Notes under the pieces: model-generated | What the model saw: the letters and a program-made list of their open reading frames with translations, nothing else | The model's database searches: none | Told to the model about the DNA's origin: nothing | Assembly (NCBI GenBank): GCA_937958705.1 | Contig: CALGNJ010000038.1 | Location: forward strand, 1-34,249 | Direction: 5' to 3' | From: Minisyncoccota bacterium | Lineage (GTDB): Bacteria > Patescibacteriota > Minisyncoccia > Phycocordibacterales > GCA-2747955 | DNA length: 34,249 bases | Program-made: the position numbers and the translations under genes | Shown here: one piece after another, positions 28,713 through 34,249 of the stretch | Layout: each line of letters starts with the position of its first letter | Position numbering within the stretch: position 1 is the stretch's first letter

Positions 28713-29020
28713 TTAACCCAAAATACTAATCAGTAGCACACCGACAACAACAAAAAAACCGAGGACCTATTTCTTTCTAAGGTTCTTCTCTTTAAAAAAC
28801 ATTCCTCTAATAGCAATGGTAATGATGATGGAAGATATTTTTATTGTTACAACATACACGACCAATACATTTAAGATTGCAATCATCTGAATTATCAACT
28901 GGAATACAGCAAAGTCATAACTACTGAAAAGAAAACAGTCACTGCGAATGCAGAATTATCAACATTATCAAAAGACCACAGGAACATGAGGAGCAGATAC
29001 GCAAGAGGGATAGAACCGAT
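28713..29020 (-). pseudogene. EamA/DMT-family transporter remnant
   Basis: The minus strand reads ...LVVYVVTIKISSIIITIAIRGMFFKEKNLRKK*VLGFFVVVGVLLISILG*, with an in-frame TAG at 28767-28769 and an upstream frameshift. Confidence 0.6.
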
Positions 29021-29053
29021 ATAAAAAACAATACATGATGTATTGTTTTTTGC

Positions 29054-29085
29054 TATATATATATATGTGTGTGTGTGCTCTCTCT
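29054..29085. repeat. Compound microsatellite (TA)n(GT)n(CT)n
   Basis: tatatatatatat-gtgtgtgtgtg-ctctctct. Confidence 0.9.
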
Positions 29086-29094
29086 AAAATGAAA

Positions 29095-30540
29095 TTATTG
29101 AACGATATATGCGGAACGTGTTGGGTGAGTATATGTTGGTGCAGCATTAGGAACTGGGAATACTGACCCGTAGTTATCTCCTTGTACTGTACCTGCAATG
29201 TCCATAAATCCAGCTCCAATCATCATAAGGTCTCTACTCGATGCACCTCTTGCACTGATCTCGAGTGCCTTCACAACCGCACCTCCGTCTCCACGAATAC
29301 CAAATACCCCTCCTTTAACTTGCGCGCGCTTTGCATCAATCATTACCATTCCACTTGCTTGGATATTTGTCCTCCCAGCATCAAATGCAAATGTCTCCCA
29401 CGCACTCGTATATCCGTCGTTTGTTTGGTAAATATTGATAAGTCCATTGTATCCAAAAGAAGATCTGTCTATACATATGCTACACCACCATTTTTACTAA
29501 ATACACCAAACTTCGCATTACCAAATGAACCAGCGCTTTCCATGTAGAGCATCCCTCCTCCATATTGACTCTGGAATCCTGAACCAGCTGCACCGAGTGC
29601 AACTACTGGTCCTTCTCCGCCCTCATCAGAGAAAATAGATCCCCCATAGTGAGTTGAAACATTTGTAGAGTTTGCACCTAGGAAGTACATATTATCTAAA
29701 TAAATATTTGCTCCATCTCCAGTAATTCGACCTCCATCTCCAGTAATTAAACCATACTTACCATTACCTTTGTTAATAAAAACAAGTCGTGAATAAATAC
29801 CTCCATTCTTACCTTTTAATTGAATACCGTTACCATTTTTGTATTCAATAATAGTCGCGTATCGTTGTCGCAGTAGTGCTTCATTTGCGGCTAAGTCACT
29901 CGCACGAGATGCTGCGTCACTCCCTGTAGCTAGAATATCAACAGAAGAGATTTCGTTACCGTCTTCATCAACTAGCTGCCCCTCAGCAGTATATCGAGGA
30001 ATAGTTGGTACTGGACCAATCATTGGTGCACCTATTGTGATGATAGTTCCATTGTGGCCATCAATACCTTCAATTCTTTGATTCTTTTGACCATCGAACA
30101 CAAATACGCCTGGTGTGAATTGTCTAGTAATAATTACACCGTCATCAGAAGATCCTCGTGCTAACACATCTTGAATACGCATGAACTCATCGACTGAATC
30201 AATAGTGAACGTTAAGTCTTTGTCGATGTGATACAGCTCTTGTGGCGCACGCACTTCCCACTTTCCTGTATTCGCGTTATATCTCTCAAAGACTGTATCA
30301 ATTTCATTAAAGCGAATCTCAAACATCTTGGGTGCAACCTGTGAAGCTGCAACAGTGGCATAATCGGGAACAGAAATAGTTGTAAGTTTTGTATTTATGA
30401 TTTGGTTTAGTGTCGCATTACTACTGGTATCAGATGTCTGTGCATATGCAAAAAAAAGCAGAGAACAAAATCCCTACTATCACATACGTAATTATATTAA
30501 AAATAGAGTATTCTAGAAATTTAACGGAAGATTTTTTCAT
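29095..30540 (-). pseudogene. Secreted Gly-rich right-handed beta-helix-like protein (~480 aa) split by two frameshifts
   Basis: ATG at 30540 encodes a signal peptide that joins ORF 29469-30326 if the T8 tract (30450-30457) is T7. Removing TA at ~29470 joins ORF 29095-29349. Confidence 0.75.
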
Positions 30541-30643
30541 AAAATATTTATTATTATTTTTGCATTATAACAAATATTTAAGTTATCTTAGAACAGTTTA
30601 TAAACTGCTTGTCAACCATCCTGTACATTCTTTGTTTACTGTC

Positions 30644-32434
30644 TTAGATTTTAGAACCTGCTCTTTTCCGAGCAGACTCTGTCAGGTGGGCTTTTCTAAG
30701 TCTCACCTCGTTTGGAGTGACTTCGATATATTCGTCTGACCTCATCATTCCAAGAGCCTTTTCTAGAGTAACTTCCATAGGTGGCGTAAGCTTTACCGTT
30801 CCGTCAGATCCAGATGCACGCATGTTGGTCAGCTGCTTACCTTTGGTGGGGTTAACCACCATGTCTTCTCCTTTTGCGGTATTTCCCACAACCATACCTT
30901 CATAGACCTCTTGGTTTTGTGAAATGTATAGTGTCCCGCGCTCCTGCATGTTTGCAATTGAAAACCCAAGTGCCTTACCTGTTGCCATAGCAATCATTGA
31001 TCCTCGCTCAGTCTTTTGAATTTCCCCTGCAAAAGGCCGGAACCCAATCACAAGTGTGGTTAAAATTCCCTCCCCCTTAGTATCAACAATGAATTCATTT
31101 CGATATCCGAGTAATCCTCTAGTTGGCATCTCGAATGTCATTTTGGTTTGAGAACCATCTTGCTCCATATTCACCATGATTCCTTTTCGTTTTCCAAGCT
31201 TTTCAATTACATTTCCTGAGAATTCTCCAGGCACTAGAATAGTCACCTCTTCAAACGGCTCTTGTTTAACACCATCAATTTCTTTAACGATAACTTCTGG
31301 TTGAGATACGGCTAGTTCAAATCCTTCTCGACGCATGTTCTCGATTAGAACAGCAAGATGCATTTCTCCACGTCCAAATACTTGATATCTTGAATCATCT
31401 GAGAAATCCACCTGTAGACCTACGTTGATCTCTAGCTCTTTTTCAAGTCGTTCACGAATCTGCCGAGATGTTAAAAATTTACCAACCTTTCCTGCAAACG
31501 GTGAATCGTTTACAAACATAAATAGTCCAATAGTTGGCTCATCAACTGAAATAGCTGGCAGAGCCTCTGTCTCTTCATCAAGAACAATCGTCTCTCCAAT
31601 AAAGATCTCTGGAATACCCGCAATCATCACAATGTCTCCAGCTGTTGCTTCTGAGACCTCTTCTTTTGCCATCCCCTTGAATGAGAATAGTTTTGTTAAC
31701 TTACCTTTGTAGACTTTACCTTCAGCATCTTTTACCATTACTGATGCATTTGCTGGTAGTGTTCCTTCGTATACACGACACACACCCATTCTTCCTAGGA
31801 AGTTATCATATGCAAGGTTAAACACCTGTGCCTTGAGGGGTTGCGATTTAAGGTCGTCTCCAGATGCAGGAGCTACTTTCTCTAGTACTAAATCAAGAAG
31901 TGGTGTTAGGTCCGCAGACTCATCAGTCATTTCTTTTTTAGCAATACCGTCTCGTCCAATTGCGTATACGGTCTCGAAGTCCAATTGTTCTTCTGTTGCA
32001 CCCAGATCCATAAATAGTTCGTATACCTCGTCGTGTGCTTTTTCAACATCTGCCGCTGGTTTATCAATCTTGTTCAAAACAAGAATAGGCCTTAATCCAA
32101 GCTCTAGTGACTTTTTAAGTACAAACTTAGTTTGTGGCATTGGCCCCTCTGCCGCATCCACCACAAGCAACACTGAATCAATTGAACGCAATACTCGCTC
32201 AACCTCTGATCCAAAGTCAGCATGGCCTGGTGTATCAAGAATATTAATCTTTGTATCTTTATATAAACAAGACGTATTCTTTGCGTAGATGGTGATTCCT
32301 CGCTCTTTTTCAAGATCATTCGAGTCCATTGATGCACCCTCTTCGGTCATCCCTGTTTGTTTTAAAATTTCATCTGTAAGTGTTGTCTTTCCGTGATCAA
32401 CGTGGGCAATAATTGCGATGTTTCTGATTTGCAT
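30644..32434 (-). CDS. typA: Translational GTPase TypA/BipA
   Basis: IRNIAIIAHVDHGKTTL, DTPGHADFG, GRGEMHL, RREGFEL, KQLTNMRASG. Confidence 0.97.
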   Translation of the reverse strand: MQIRNIAIIAHVDHGKTTLTDEILKQTGMTEEGASMDSNDLEKERGITIYAKNTSCLYKDTKINILDTPGHADFGSEVERVLRSIDSVLLVVDAAEGPMPQTKFVLKKSLELGLRPILVLNKIDKPAADVEKAHDEVYELFMDLGATEEQLDFETVYAIGRDGIAKKEMTDESADLTPLLDLVLEKVAPASGDDLKSQPLKAQVFNLAYDNFLGRMGVCRVYEGTLPANASVMVKDAEGKVYKGKLTKLFSFKGMAKEEVSEATAGDIVMIAGIPEIFIGETIVLDEETEALPAISVDEPTIGLFMFVNDSPFAGKVGKFLTSRQIRERLEKELEINVGLQVDFSDDSRYQVFGRGEMHLAVLIENMRREGFELAVSQPEVIVKEIDGVKQEPFEEVTILVPGEFSGNVIEKLGKRKGIMVNMEQDGSQTKMTFEMPTRGLLGYRNEFIVDTKGEGILTTLVIGFRPFAGEIQKTERGSMIAMATGKALGFSIANMQERGTLYISQNQEVYEGMVVGNTAKGEDMVVNPTKGKQLTNMRASGSDGTVKLTPPMEVTLEKALGMMRSDEYIEVTPNEVRLRKAHLTESARKRAGSKI

Positions 32435-32503
32435 AGTCGCGGTATTATAACAGAATATTGACTAATAGATAGAAGTTTCGTGTGTATTCCTTTTTTTTGA
32501 GGC

Positions 32504-32538
32504 AAGAAAAAAACACCGTCGTAAGGTGTCTTTTTCTT
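32504..32538 (-). terminator. Intrinsic terminator downstream of the 16S rRNA gene
   Basis: aagaaaaaaacacc-gtcgtaa-ggtgtctttttctt hairpin. Confidence 0.6.
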
Positions 32539-32742
32539 ATTTTATTGTTTTTTGAAAACATAATGAAATATGTAAGTAGAAAATATATCTATGTACTTTC
32601 TTTTGTCCCATCCAGAGGTCTGACGCACGTGACCAAAAGCGAATGTGTTTAGGATGTTCACATTATCATCATCCTCTATAGAGAGAATATCGACTCATTT
32701 AACTATATGCACAAAGAATAATCTGAATACATATAACTTCAA

Positions 32743-34236
<1,494 letters not shown>

Positions 34237-34249
34237 AATCCTACTCAAA

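Noticed and set aside
29340..29471. TAG read-through or recoding at the end of ORF 29469-30326
   Set aside because: The same frame beyond TAG loses the Gly/aromatic repeat pattern and stops after ~41 codons. The shifted frame continues the pattern, so a frameshift fits better.
65..32337. Numerous short antisense or alternate-frame ORFs (e.g. 10882-11373, 22699-23133, 31833-32288)
   Set aside because: They are shadows of well-supported genes, with the Ser/Ile/Phe-rich composition typical of reverse-frame translation.

Overview
This is a 34 kb, AT-rich chromosomal segment read with the standard genetic code. It most likely comes from a Patescibacteria (CPR, Parcubacteria-like) genome; this is inferred from the divergent 16S rRNA and the streamlined gene set. 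Housekeeping genes present: oppA-like (partial), rnj, dus, ftsQ-like, serS, mscS, dprA, PBP2, fusA, rpsG, rpsL, gatB, rlmB-like, rpmG, dnaX and typA. Also present are tRNA-Gln, tRNA-Trp, a stand-alone 16S rRNA gene, a lexA/umuD-like plus Y-family polymerase cassette, a GluR0-like channel, a cupredoxin, a peptidoglycan-binding acidic repeat protein and several decayed genes. Main observations: (1) the 16S rRNA lacks the anti-Shine-Dalgarno tail, and at least nine genes have an extended -10 box only 6-9 nt before the ATG, suggesting leaderless initiation; (2) both tRNAs carry the same multi-hairpin trailer built partly from copies of their own 3' ends; (3) a structured ~200 nt candidate ncRNA (6S-like) lies antisense inside a split str operon; (4) S12 and the 16S carry unusual decoding-centre substitutions; (5) a secreted beta-helix protein gene is broken by two slippage-type frameshifts. 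All family calls come from motif recognition by eye; no database search was run.
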